Both the position numbers and the translations under genes were made by a program. The notes under the pieces are model-generated. The model was not told where the DNA came from, did no database searches, and saw only the letters and a program-made list of their open reading frames with translations. A stretch of DNA of 64,000 bases from SAR86 cluster bacterium (GTDB lineage: Bacteria > Pseudomonadota > Gammaproteobacteria > Magnimaribacterales > AG-339-G14), in the NCBI GenBank assembly GCA_028135785.1, contig JAOIHS010000004.1, forward strand, positions 7,567 through 71,566, read 5' to 3'. Below, piece by piece: positions 10,692 to 20,741 of the stretch. The first letter of the stretch is position 1. Each line of letters begins with the position of its first letter.

Positions 10692-11891
10692 TTAAGATTT
10701 GTATGCTTCAAAAAGGCCGGTTGCACCCATACCACCACCAACACACATGGTCACGATACCGTACTTTCCGCCTCTTCTATTAAGTTCTCTTGCCAAATGT
10801 CCTACTTGTCTAGAACCAGTCATACCGAATGGGTGACCAATTGAAATCGAGCCACCATTAACATTAAGCTTGTCTTCAGGAAGGTTAAGCTTGTCTTTGA
10901 TGTAAACAACCTGTGAAGCAAAAGCTTCGTTAAGCTCCCATAAATCTATATCTTCTACTGATAAGCCAGCTGATTTCAAAAGCTTAGGAATCGAATAAAC
11001 CGGACCAATACCCATTTCGTCTGGCTGACAACCTACTGTTGTAAAACCTCTGAAATAAAGCATAGGCTCTAATCCAAGTTCAAGAGCTTTTTCTTCACTC
11101 ATAACCAGCGTTACAGAAGCTCCGTCTGAAAGCTGCGAGGAGTTACCAGCTGTAACTGTTCCATTTTCAGGATCAAATACGGGCTTTAAAGATTGTAGAC
11201 CTTCCATGGTAGTTGTTGGTCGATTACAGTCATCTTTATCAACTGTAACTTCAACATCTTTGGCTTCACCTGTCTCCTTATTATATAACTTCATAGTAGT
11301 CGTCATTGGTACGATTTCATCATCGTAATAACCTGCCTCTTGAGCAGCAGCAGTTCTTTGTTGACTAGCTAAAGCAATTTCGTCTTGTGCTTCTCTAGAT
11401 ACGTTATAACGCTTAGCCACAGTTTCTGCAGTATTGCCCATGGCCATGTATATACCTGGCATTTCAGCAGCGAGTTTGTCATTAACGTACATATTCATAT
11501 TTAATCCAGCTTCACCCAAAACAGTACTAATGCTTTCAACACCACCTGCGATCATACAGTCTGAATGTCCACTAGCTACCTGATTACAGGCCATTGCAAT
11601 TGAATTTAAACCAGATGAACAATAACGATTGATAGTTGTTCCGCCAGTTTCAATTGGCAGATTAGATAAGACTGCAGCATTTCTGGCAATATTATGACCT
11701 TGAGCTCCTTCAGGGTTTCCGCAACCTAAGATTAGATCTTCCACTAAGCTAGGGTCAACTTTAGGGTTTCTCTCCATTATCGCATTGATTAAATGAGCCA
11801 CCATGTCATCCGCTCTTGTAATATTAAATCCACCTCTGTGAGATTTTGCTAAACCAGTTCTAACGCTGTCTATAATTACTACATTTCTCAT
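10692..11891 (-). CDS. Acetyl-CoA C-acyltransferase (thiolase)
   Basis: NRYCSSG, NEAFA, GHPFG, MCVGGG; AGGAGA Shine-Dalgarno. Confidence 0.95.
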   Translation of the reverse strand: MRNVVIIDSVRTGLAKSHRGGFNITRADDMVAHLINAIMERNPKVDPSLVEDLILGCGNPEGAQGHNIARNAAVLSNLPIETGGTTINRYCSSGLNSIAMACNQVASGHSDCMIAGGVESISTVLGEAGLNMNMYVNDKLAAEMPGIYMAMGNTAETVAKRYNVSREAQDEIALASQQRTAAAQEAGYYDDEIVPMTTTMKLYNKETGEAKDVEVTVDKDDCNRPTTTMEGLQSLKPVFDPENGTVTAGNSSQLSDGASVTLVMSEEKALELGLEPMLYFRGFTTVGCQPDEMGIGPVYSIPKLLKSAGLSVEDIDLWELNEAFASQVVYIKDKLNLPEDKLNVNGGSISIGHPFGMTGSRQVGHLARELNRRGGKYGIVTMCVGGGMGATGLFEAYKS

Positions 11892-11993
11892 ATTTTCTCC
11901 TTAAAGTAACTTTTCAAAAATTTTTATAGAGTAGATTATAAAGAATTTACTCAACTAATTCTAACTTAATCTTTTCTCTATTCTCTTTTATAC

Positions 11994-12020
11994 AAAAAAG
12001 CCCTGACGAGCAGGGCTTTT
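11994..12020 (-). terminator. Rho-independent terminator of TBDR gene
   Basis: AAAAAAGCCCTG-ACGAG-CAGGGCTTTT hairpin just after the TBDR stop; U-tract on minus strand. Confidence 0.85.
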
Positions 12021-12036
12021 ATGTTGTTTAGTTTAT

Positions 12037-15000
12037 TTAGAAGTTTATTCCAAAGTCTACTCCACCTCTGAAACCTTCAGAATAAGTCAAAAAGATAACT
12101 TGTCCTTGCAGGTTACTAGTTCTATTAACACTTGTTAATTGACGTTTGTCAGCTAAATTTCTAGCCCAAGCATTCACATACCAGTCGCCATTGTTTGGCT
12201 CATAAGTAGCATTGAAGTCAAAGTACTCCTGAGCTCCTGTAACGAAACGTTTGTTGTTGTAAATATCACCTTCAAATTTATCTTTGTAAGAATAACCTAA
12301 TGTGAAGTTTCCAGAACCATCAAACGCATTATATAGTTGCGAAATACTAACAGTTGCTTCCATATCAGAAACTCCTGGAACACTATTTCCACCAAGTTCC
12401 TTATATACTTGGCCCGTAGGACCCATCATAGCTGCAAGTCCTTGAGGATTACCCAAGACGTTACCTTCACTTGTAACTACAAAACCAGCTACGTTACACA
12501 TAGCTGACGTATAAACTAGATTACAGAATGCTCTTGATCCTCCAGGATCTAGTGCTGAAAGAGTTCCAGCTGCTCTAGATACTATACCTTGAGCTTGTGC
12601 CAGAGTTTTTTGGCCTCCTAAAGCATCTGCTCTCTGCAAGTATGCAATTATGGCGGCATCTGTATTATCTTGTTGAGTGCTTACACCAGGAACAGCAGCT
12701 GCAGTAATGATATCACTCCAAGATGTTGCTTGATCTGGGTTATGAGGATCTATTGAAGTAGAACCTATTGAAACTGTTGTTCCACCTGGACCCTTACCAA
12801 TACCTTCTGTTGAAGTTACAAACTCACTATCAGTTAATAGAACATTTGCAGCAATTACTAGATCTTCAGTTATAAAAAACTGTGTATCTAATTGTAAACC
12901 TTGGTGAACGATGTCATGAGGCTCAACATAAGCAGATGAAACTCTAATTACTGAGTAATGGGAGTCGTTTTGCTCATGTTTGAAGATGTTTGCATTTAAT
13001 TTCAAACGTCCATCTAATAAGATATTTTTCGTACCAATTTCATATGAAACTGCTTTAGATCCAGCATATATAGTTGTATCTGGATTTGCACCACCAGCAC
13101 GGTTACCCGTAGTCATTGATACATAAGCCATACCTTGGTCGTAACTATATTGAAGTACACCTTTGTAAGTGTCTGCATAGTTTTTTGCAGTAGCCAGCTT
13201 GTGGCCTGCTTGCCAACATGCTTCGTAGTCAGATTTTCTACATGCATCTGAAGATACATTAGTTAAACCAGAAGCAGCATCTTCAGGAATGTTATAAGCC
13301 GAATCAGACAAACCTTGCATAGATCTTGTAGCAAACCTGTCATCCATGTAACGAGCTCCCAACGTAAGTTTGAAGTTATCCATGAATGTGAAGTAGTACT
13401 CTCCAAATACAGCTCTTGAATCTATGTGCGTTCTTTGGTCTGTAATTAAACCACCAGCTTGATGAGGCATTTTTTTATCACAGAAAGCACCTTGATCGTG
13501 CTCTTTTTTTCCATTTAATGCAGTACAAGCACCGATAATTGAATTAACTAAAGTATCAGCCACGGCTCTAGTTCTATCACCTATTACACTCCCATCTTGT
13601 GTATAAGCAGTCACAAGGCTGACAGCATTAGCAGCAATTACCCCAGCCATAGAAGCATAGAATGCCTGACCACCGTATGCATTAAGCTGACCACTAAACA
13701 TGTCTTGAGATAAAGGATGATAACTAAATGAATTTATTAATTGATATGCCGTAGTTTGGATATTGTATTGATTTATTCCATTTGATTTATCACTATAAAG
13801 ACCTACAACGAAGTTATGATTATCAAAATCAGATGCTACGTTTAATTCAAAGGCATTTGTTTCTGTATCTGCATTTGAACATTCCTCAGATCCAGCAAAT
13901 TGTTGGTATTGCTTATCTGCATAACAAGTAGTTGGCATATTTGTAATAGTCATCAAACTTGAAGGCTGAAATAAATTACCAATTTTTGCAGCGTCACCAT
14001 TTTTTTCAGCATTGTTATGGTCATTATCATCTCTTTGATAATAATCAGTACTAGTATTAGTTGCTTTAAAACTTATATCTAGAGTACCTGGACCAACATC
14101 AGCGCTTGTAAGCCACTTTATTTGAGTAGCTTTCTGCTCTTGTTGTCTTACTGCATCGTAAGTTTTATTTATTTGATCAATGCTTTTTGATCTTATTACA
14201 TCAGACTCAGACAGAGTATCTCTTCCAGTACTAATAAAAGTAAGAGTATCAAAAGTGTTACTAATAGTACCTGAGATGAAAACAGGTCTATTTATATTGC
14301 TTTCGGGATCGTTAGTATTAGGAGTACAACCGAAAAACTGACTTCTGTTACAAGAAGACGTACCTAAATTTAATCTATTATCATTTACAGCATACTGGTC
14401 ATAATTGAATTCAATAGTGTTGTTTTCGTTAACTGCCCAATCGACAGAAAGTCTGTAACCGTAAGCATCACGATTATCTATTTTATTCATAGTTCCTTCA
14501 TTGAAGACTGTAGGATCTTTATCATATTTCGAAAATGCGACTCTAGCTGAAACATTATTAGCTATATCAAAATCATAAGCTCCCTTGATCATTTGATAGC
14601 CCTTATCTCCAACCGAAGCTTTAAAATAGTTTCCTGCACCAGGTCTGTTAGAAATAAGATTCATTAACCCAGATGTAGTGTTCCTTCCATAAAGTGTTCC
14701 TTGAGGACCTTCTAAAATCTCTAAACGCTCAGCATCTAAGAAACCTACTTCACTCCAAGCACTAGCAGAAATCGAGTGGCCATTGAGCTGTAAATCCGCA
14801 GCAGCTACAGTAGCAGCTCCTACCGAAGGTACTATTAACCCTCTAATCTTAATACCTACACCACTTCCAATTCCATTAGCAAAAGAAATACCTGTAGTTG
14901 AGTTTGCTAAATCTGCAGCAGTTTCTATGTGTTGTTCCATAAGGTCTTCACCAGTAATAGCTTGAACTGAAAGCGCGATATCTTGAAGAGACTCGGCTTG

Positions 15001-15105
15001 TCTAGTCGCTGTTACAGTGACTTCTTCAACAGTCTGCGCGAAAGCTGACACATGGAAACCCATGGCCAGAGTGGCAGCTATTATTAAATTAAAAAAACGT
15101 TTCAT
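12037..15105 (-). CDS. TonB-dependent receptor
   Basis: Signal peptide, EEVTVTA TonB box, LEGPQGTLYGRN plug motif, C-terminal F; ATG 15105 follows GGGAGGAG. Confidence 0.93.
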   Translation of the reverse strand: MKRFFNLIIAATLAMGFHVSAFAQTVEEVTVTATRQAESLQDIALSVQAITGEDLMEQHIETAADLANSTTGISFANGIGSGVGIKIRGLIVPSVGAATVAAADLQLNGHSISASAWSEVGFLDAERLEILEGPQGTLYGRNTTSGLMNLISNRPGAGNYFKASVGDKGYQMIKGAYDFDIANNVSARVAFSKYDKDPTVFNEGTMNKIDNRDAYGYRLSVDWAVNENNTIEFNYDQYAVNDNRLNLGTSSCNRSQFFGCTPNTNDPESNINRPVFISGTISNTFDTLTFISTGRDTLSESDVIRSKSIDQINKTYDAVRQQEQKATQIKWLTSADVGPGTLDISFKATNTSTDYYQRDDNDHNNAEKNGDAAKIGNLFQPSSLMTITNMPTTCYADKQYQQFAGSEECSNADTETNAFELNVASDFDNHNFVVGLYSDKSNGINQYNIQTTAYQLINSFSYHPLSQDMFSGQLNAYGGQAFYASMAGVIAANAVSLVTAYTQDGSVIGDRTRAVADTLVNSIIGACTALNGKKEHDQGAFCDKKMPHQAGGLITDQRTHIDSRAVFGEYYFTFMDNFKLTLGARYMDDRFATRSMQGLSDSAYNIPEDAASGLTNVSSDACRKSDYEACWQAGHKLATAKNYADTYKGVLQYSYDQGMAYVSMTTGNRAGGANPDTTIYAGSKAVSYEIGTKNILLDGRLKLNANIFKHEQNDSHYSVIRVSSAYVEPHDIVHQGLQLDTQFFITEDLVIAANVLLTDSEFVTSTEGIGKGPGGTTVSIGSTSIDPHNPDQATSWSDIITAAAVPGVSTQQDNTDAAIIAYLQRADALGGQKTLAQAQGIVSRAAGTLSALDPGGSRAFCNLVYTSAMCNVAGFVVTSEGNVLGNPQGLAAMMGPTGQVYKELGGNSVPGVSDMEATVSISQLYNAFDGSGNFTLGYSYKDKFEGDIYNNKRFVTGAQEYFDFNATYEPNNGDWYVNAWARNLADKRQLTSVNRTSNLQGQVIFLTYSEGFRGGVDFGINF

Positions 15106-15321
15106 TGACTCCTCCCAATTTGAGTACAAATAGTTATGTTAGATACAAACTTCTTCGTACCAAAACTTTGATCTGTGAGAGGTCAAAGCATAGTATCTTT
15201 AAGTTTTGTATTCCCCTGAGTTCGACTTTACCTTAGGTAATTTTATATGACAAGCATTCGATTGCTTATTTTTTATAAAACAAAACTTAGTTAGACACTG
15301 TCATTTTTGGGCTAAATATCT

Positions 15322-15522
15322 TTAGAATTCTAAATAAAAATCTATTCCAACTCTCATGCCTTGTGAGAAATTACATTGTCCATTTTTACCAGATACTAGA
15401 TCTGCGCGATCCACTATCACTGCATTCCTTACTTATCTTTAAGGTTTTTGTCTGAGTTAAACAAGGCTATCAGATCTTTTTGGATGAGAATTGACGCTTA
15501 GATCAATTTTATCTTCTACAGA
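15322..15522 (-). pseudogene. Decayed 3' end of a paralogous TonB-dependent receptor
   Basis: Manual translation: VEDKIDLSVNSHPKRSDSLV*LR / KNLKDK / ...NFSQGMRVGIDFYLEF*, collinear with the C-terminus of the adjacent TBDR; one stop and two frameshifts. Confidence 0.7.
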
Positions 15523-15697
15523 TAAGACTAATCTAACATTTACTATAAATTACATCCTAGCAAGTTTATTTTATGAGCAAAAATTGGAGTTGCAATGTTA
15601 AATGAGATTAAGCTGGGCTTATCATGAACAACTTAAATAACTATTTAACTTAAAAATTATAATAAGTAATATATTAAAATCACCATAATTTGTTTTT

Positions 15698-16351
15698 ATG
15701 AATAAAAGAGATCGCGCAATAATAATCGGAAAGGAGCTTGCTAGGCTATATAAAAATCCAAAACCGCCTTTAGATTTCAGTAATCCCTTTACCTTGCTTA
15801 TTGCTGTTTTACTTAGTGCTCAGTGTACTGATGAGAGAGTCAATATAGTTACGAAAAAGCTATTCAAGGAAGCTAGAACTCCCAAGAAGATGGCAGCTTT
15901 AGGACAAGATCAAATCTTCTTTTTTATAAAGACTTGTGGACTTGCACCCAAAAAGTCTAAAGCCATATTGGAAACTTCTAATATTCTTATAAAAAAATTC
16001 AATTCAAAGGTTCCCCAGTCTATTGAGGAATTAGTAACTCTTCCCGGTGTGGGTCATAAAACTGCTTCGGTAGTTCTTAATCAAGCTTTTGGCCAAGCTA
16101 GCTTTGCGGTAGATACACACATACATCGTTTAGCTCAAAGATGGAAATTAACTAATGGTAAAAATGTTATGCAAACGGAAAAAGATTTAAAGAAATTATT
16201 TCCAAAAGAAAAATGGGGAGATTTACATCTACAAATAATTTTTTATGGAAGAGAATTTTGCGAAGCAAGAAAATGTTATGGCTTAGATTGTTTTTTGTGT
16301 AAAACTCTTTTTCCTAATAGAAATAGTAAGGTTATAACCAATAAGGCATAG
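15698..16351 (+). CDS. nth: Endonuclease III
   Basis: LLSAQCTDERVN, LPGVGHKTA, AVDTHIHR. Confidence 0.95.
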   Translation: MNKRDRAIIIGKELARLYKNPKPPLDFSNPFTLLIAVLLSAQCTDERVNIVTKKLFKEARTPKKMAALGQDQIFFFIKTCGLAPKKSKAILETSNILIKKFNSKVPQSIEELVTLPGVGHKTASVVLNQAFGQASFAVDTHIHRLAQRWKLTNGKNVMQTEKDLKKLFPKEKWGDLHLQIIFYGREFCEARKCYGLDCFLCKTLFPNRNSKVITNKA

Positions 16352-16399
16352 CAAAGATTTTTCATAGAGGTATAATTATTTTTTATCCATTTGAAGATT

Positions 16400-17656
16400 A
16401 TGTACGGTAACAATTTATCCATAGAAAGTTTTGACAAAGATCTTTGGGATGCTCTCGAAGGCGAACGTGTCCGTCAAGAACATCATATCGAACTCATTGC
16501 TTCTGAAAACTATACTTCACCAAGAGTAATGGAAGCTCAAGGTTCTGTGCTGACTAACAAATATGCAGAAGGCTACCCTGGCAAAAGATACTATGGCGGA
16601 TGTGAATTCGTAGATGTCGCCGAACAACTAGCAATTGATAGAGCGAAAGAATTATTTAGTGCAGATTTTGCAAATGTTCAACCGCATTCAGGTGCGAGTG
16701 CAAATGCTGCGGTTTTTTTAGCCCTTCTTAATGCGGGAGATAAAATTTTAGGAATGAGTCTTGATCATGGCGGTCATTTGACCCACGGATCAAAAGTTAA
16801 TTTTTCAGGAAAAATTTACGAGTCTTATAGTTATGGAATTGACCCGTTGACTGGTGATATTGATTACGAAGAGGTCGAAAAACTAGCCAATGTGCACAAA
16901 CCTAAGTTAATCATTTGTGGATTCTCTGCTTTTTCAGGTGTTTTAGATTTTAAAAGATTTAGGGAAATTGCAGATTCCATTGGTGCTTTTTTATTAGCTG
17001 ATATTTCTCATGTTTCTGGGTTAATTGCAGCTGGGCTATATCCTAACCCTGTTCCTTTTGCAGACGTCGTTACAACTACTACTCACAAAACTTTAATTGG
17101 GCCAAGAGGTGGTTTGATTTTAGCGAAAGCAAACGAAGACCTACATAAAAAACTAAATTCAGCTTTATTTCCTGGTTCACAAGGCGGTCCTTTAATGCAT
17201 GTGATTGCTGCTAAAGCAGTATGCTTCAAAGAAGCTATGGAACCAGAATTCTTAGAATATCAAAAACAGATTTTAGCAAACGCCCAAAAAATGAGCTCTG
17301 CTTTAATGAAAAACGATATTGATATTGTTTCTAATGGAACAGCAAATCATATGTTTCTAGTCAATCTAGTAAAAAATGATATAACAGGAAAAGTTTTAGA
17401 TGCTGCTCTAGGCCAAGCAAATATTACTGTTAATAAAAATTCCGTGCCGAATGACCCTCAATCACCATTCGTTACTTCGGGAATAAGAATAGGAACTCCT
17501 GCTGTTACAAGAAGAGGTTTTAAAGAGTCTGAAATGGAATTAATAGCTTCATGGATAAAAAATATTATTCATGACGTAGAAAATGAATCTTTAATTTCTA
17601 AAACTAGAAATGAAGTTACCGAACTCTGTAATCAGTTTCCTGTTTACTCAAAATAA
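16400..17656 (+). CDS. glyA: Serine hydroxymethyltransferase
   Basis: [29 protein letters not shown]. Confidence 0.98.
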   Translation: MYGNNLSIESFDKDLWDALEGERVRQEHHIELIASENYTSPRVMEAQGSVLTNKYAEGYPGKRYYGGCEFVDVAEQLAIDRAKELFSADFANVQPHSGASANAAVFLALLNAGDKILGMSLDHGGHLTHGSKVNFSGKIYESYSYGIDPLTGDIDYEEVEKLANVHKPKLIICGFSAFSGVLDFKRFREIADSIGAFLLADISHVSGLIAAGLYPNPVPFADVVTTTTHKTLIGPRGGLILAKANEDLHKKLNSALFPGSQGGPLMHVIAAKAVCFKEAMEPEFLEYQKQILANAQKMSSALMKNDIDIVSNGTANHMFLVNLVKNDITGKVLDAALGQANITVNKNSVPNDPQSPFVTSGIRIGTPAVTRRGFKESEMELIASWIKNIIHDVENESLISKTRNEVTELCNQFPVYSK

Positions 17657-17659
17657 ATT

Positions 17660-18112
17660 ATGCATTGCCCTTTTTGTGCCTTCGAAGAGAGTAAGGTTAT
17701 AGATTCACGTCTTATTGCAGAGGGCAATGAGATTAGACGCAGAAGAGAATGCCTTAAATGCCAAGAGCGATGGACGACATACGAACTAGCCGAATTGGTA
17801 ATGCCAAAAATTATCAAACAGGACAATTCTAGAGTTCCATTTGATGAAACTAAGCTTAAAGAAGGAATTGCCAGGTCTTTAGAAAAAAGACCAGTCAGCG
17901 AAGAAACCTTTCAAACATTAATAGAAACAATAAAAAAAGAGCTCAGATCTCTAGGAGAAAGAGAAGTTCCTTCAGATAAAGTCGGAGAAACCGTTATGAC
18001 GAATCTTAGAAAAATAGACGAAGTAGCCTTTGTAAGATTTGCATCGGTTTACAGAAGCTTTCAGGATCCGATGGAGTTTAGTGAGGAAGTTAAACGATTA
18101 AGTGATGACTGA
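17660..18112 (+). CDS. nrdR: Transcriptional repressor NrdR
   Basis: MHCPFC...RRRREC, ATP cone, VRFASVY. Confidence 0.97.
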   Translation: MHCPFCAFEESKVIDSRLIAEGNEIRRRRECLKCQERWTTYELAELVMPKIIKQDNSRVPFDETKLKEGIARSLEKRPVSEETFQTLIETIKKELRSLGEREVPSDKVGETVMTNLRKIDEVAFVRFASVYRSFQDPMEFSEEVKRLSDD

Positions 18113-19211
18113 ATCAAGTTTTATGCTGGAAGCATTAGAACTGGCTAAAAAAGGGCAATTTACTTCTGGAACAGGCGCCTGTGTTGGCTGCATTATATCT
18201 AAAAATAATAAAATTATTGGTGAAGGCTTCTATGAATTTTTTGGTGCTCCGCATGCAGAAATTATGGCCATTGAATCTGTAAAAAAAAATTATAAAAATG
18301 ATTTCAACGCAGTCATAGCTGATAGCACAATAACAGTAACCTTAGAGCCTTGTAGTAAATTTGGTAAAACACCACCCTGCCTAGATGAAATTCTTAAATA
18401 TAAATTTAAGAAAATCATTATTGGTCAGCTTGATTCTTCTCAATCCAGTTTAGAACAGCTAAAAAATTCTGGCATCGAAGTTGTTATTGAAGAAATTCCC
18501 AATGAATTAAATAAAGGTTTTTTTAAAAGTTTGAAATATAAAAAGCCTTACATAAGAGCAAAAATTGCAATGTCTGAAGACAAAAAAATTGCATTTATAG
18601 AAAACGATAAGCAATGGATTACTTGTCCCGCATCAAGATTAGATGGTCATAAATTCAGAGCCGTCTCAGATATTATCCTTACTGGCTCGGGAACGATCAA
18701 AAGAGATAACCCAGCTCTAGATGTAAGGGATACTATGATTACTGAGTTGAAAAATTTTCGACAGCCAATAAGAGCTATTATTTCATCTGGATCAAAATTA
18801 GATGCAAACCTAAAATTTTTCAAGACTACTGGTCAAAAAATATTATTTTGTAGTAACAAAGAAGTCTATAAGAATTTAGATTCTGTAAAGGATTTAGAGA
18901 TACTTGAAATCGAAAATTCAAGATCAAAAATTGATTTATTAAAATTGTTAAATAAATTATCTTTATTAGAAATACATGATGTTTTGCTGGAATCAGGGCC
19001 TAAGCTAATTACTTCATTTATCGAAGCCGATTTGATAGATGAGTTCATCATTTACATTGCGCCGAAGATACTATCAAATAAGGCTCTATCTTTTTTTGAA
19101 GGCGAGGATTCTAAAAATCCTTTTAATTCAAAAGACTTTATATTGAGCGAAGAAGTATTAATAGAAGATGATAAAAGAATAATATATAAAAGAAAAAATG
19201 GAATTGAATAA
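18105..19211 (+). CDS. ribD: Riboflavin biosynthesis deaminase/reductase
   Basis: HAE, TLEPCS...TPPC zinc motif; reductase domain. Confidence 0.93.
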   Translation: MTESSFMLEALELAKKGQFTSGTGACVGCIISKNNKIIGEGFYEFFGAPHAEIMAIESVKKNYKNDFNAVIADSTITVTLEPCSKFGKTPPCLDEILKYKFKKIIIGQLDSSQSSLEQLKNSGIEVVIEEIPNELNKGFFKSLKYKKPYIRAKIAMSEDKKIAFIENDKQWITCPASRLDGHKFRAVSDIILTGSGTIKRDNPALDVRDTMITELKNFRQPIRAIISSGSKLDANLKFFKTTGQKILFCSNKEVYKNLDSVKDLEILEIENSRSKIDLLKLLNKLSLLEIHDVLLESGPKLITSFIEADLIDEFIIYIAPKILSNKALSFFEGEDSKNPFNSKDFILSEEVLIEDDKRIIYKRKNGIE

Positions 19212-20292
19212 AACAGAAGAACTGATAGCTGAAATCAAAAAAGGAAATATGGTTCTTTTGATGGACGATGAAGATCGCGAAAATGAAGGTGATTTGATTT
19301 TAGCTGGAGAGATGGTTTCTCCAGATAAAATCAATTTTATGGCAAAAAATGCTAGAGGTTTAATTTGTTTAGCTATGAGCCAAGAAAAATGTGACGCGCT
19401 AAATTTAAGTCAGATGGTGTCAGATAATAAAAGTGGTCATGGTACTGGTTTTACAATTTCTATTGAAGCCGCTAGTGGAATAACTACAGGTATCTCAGCA
19501 GCTGATAGATCTAGAACAGTTAAAGTCGCATCTAAGTCTAGAGCTAAGGCTAAAGATATCGTTTCACCTGGACATATTTTTCCAGTGAAGGCTGTTCCAG
19601 GTGGAGTCCTTTCTAGAGCTGGTCATACAGAGGGTAGTACTGATTTATGTCGCTTAGCTGGACTGAATGAATCAGCAGTAATCTGTGAGGTCATGAACGA
19701 AGATGGAACTATGGCTAGAAAAAAAGGATTAATAGAATTTAGCAAAAAATATAATTTAAAAATTGGAACTATTGCCGATTTAATTAATTATCGAATCATA
19801 AACGAACAAACTGTCGAAAAAGTAGAACAAAAAATTGTTAATACAGAGTTTGGAAAGTTTACCTTAATGCTTTATGAAGATTCTATAAGTGGAGAAACTC
19901 ACGTCGTTTTTAAAAAGGGAAGAATTTCAAAATCAAAACCTGTTTTAGTTAGAGTTCAACAAACGAATGTAATGCACGATCTTCTCAGAGTCGACGAGTA
20001 TGGTGCCAGATGGTCTTTAGGCGATGCTATGAAAAAAGTTAATAAGGAAGGCTCTGGTCTGATAATAGTCATTGATGGTGGAAAAACCAAGGATGAAGTA
20101 ATTCGAGAGGTAGAAGTTCTAAAAAATTCTTACAAAAAATCTACAGCTGGTATAGACGTTAGAAGAATTGGAGCTGGCTCGCAAATTCTTAGAGATTTAG
20201 GTGTTAAGAAAATTAAATTAATGGGCTCACAAACAAGATACCCCTCCATTTCTGGATTTGGTTTGGAAGTAACGAAATATATTCAAAAATGA
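19198..20292 (+). CDS. ribB: DHBP synthase fused to a degenerate GTP cyclohydrolase II domain (RibBX-type)
   Basis: DDEDRENEGD, RAGHTE; C-terminal domain lacks the Cys zinc ligands (RVQQTNVMHDLL). Confidence 0.9.
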   Translation: MELNKTEELIAEIKKGNMVLLMDDEDRENEGDLILAGEMVSPDKINFMAKNARGLICLAMSQEKCDALNLSQMVSDNKSGHGTGFTISIEAASGITTGISAADRSRTVKVASKSRAKAKDIVSPGHIFPVKAVPGGVLSRAGHTEGSTDLCRLAGLNESAVICEVMNEDGTMARKKGLIEFSKKYNLKIGTIADLINYRIINEQTVEKVEQKIVNTEFGKFTLMLYEDSISGETHVVFKKGRISKSKPVLVRVQQTNVMHDLLRVDEYGARWSLGDAMKKVNKEGSGLIIVIDGGKTKDEVIREVEVLKNSYKKSTAGIDVRRIGAGSQILRDLGVKKIKLMGSQTRYPSISGFGLEVTKYIQK

Positions 20293-20741
20293 GTAAAAAT
20301 AACCCTAAAGAATTCGAACTAAAAAAAACTGACTATTCCAGCTATAGAGTATTGGTTATAAAAACAAAATGGAATTCTGAAATCATTGCGCCTATGGTAG
20401 AAGATTGTTTAAAGGAGTTAAAAAATCAAAAAATAATTCCCAAAATCATCTCAGTACCAGGAGCATACGAAATTCCTTTTATTGCTAATAAGAGAGCAAG
20501 TAAATTTGATTTAATAATTACCCTTGGAGCTATTATCAAGGGAGAAACTCCTCATTTTGACATTATTGCTCAAACAATAAGCGATTCAATTATGCAGACT
20601 AGTTTGAATAAGGACACGCCCATAATTTTTGGTGTGCTGACTACAAATAATATTGATCAAGCGAAAGAAAGAGCTGCTCAAAAAGGTAGTGAACTGACAT
20701 TAAGCGGGTTAAATATTTTAGATAATCTAGCAGATGATTAG
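20289..20741 (+). CDS. ribH: 6,7-dimethyl-8-ribityllumazine synthase
   Basis: VPGAYEIP, GETPHFD, FGVLTT. Confidence 0.95.
   Translation: MSKNNPKEFELKKTDYSSYRVLVIKTKWNSEIIAPMVEDCLKELKNQKIIPKIISVPGAYEIPFIANKRASKFDLIITLGAIIKGETPHFDIIAQTISDSIMQTSLNKDTPIIFGVLTTNNIDQAKERAAQKGSELTLSGLNILDNLADD

Noticed and set aside
15106-15697. Cobalamin/TPP riboswitch or CRISPR in the largest intergenic gap
   Set aside because: No conserved aptamer core or regularly spaced direct repeats; partly explained by the TBDR remnant
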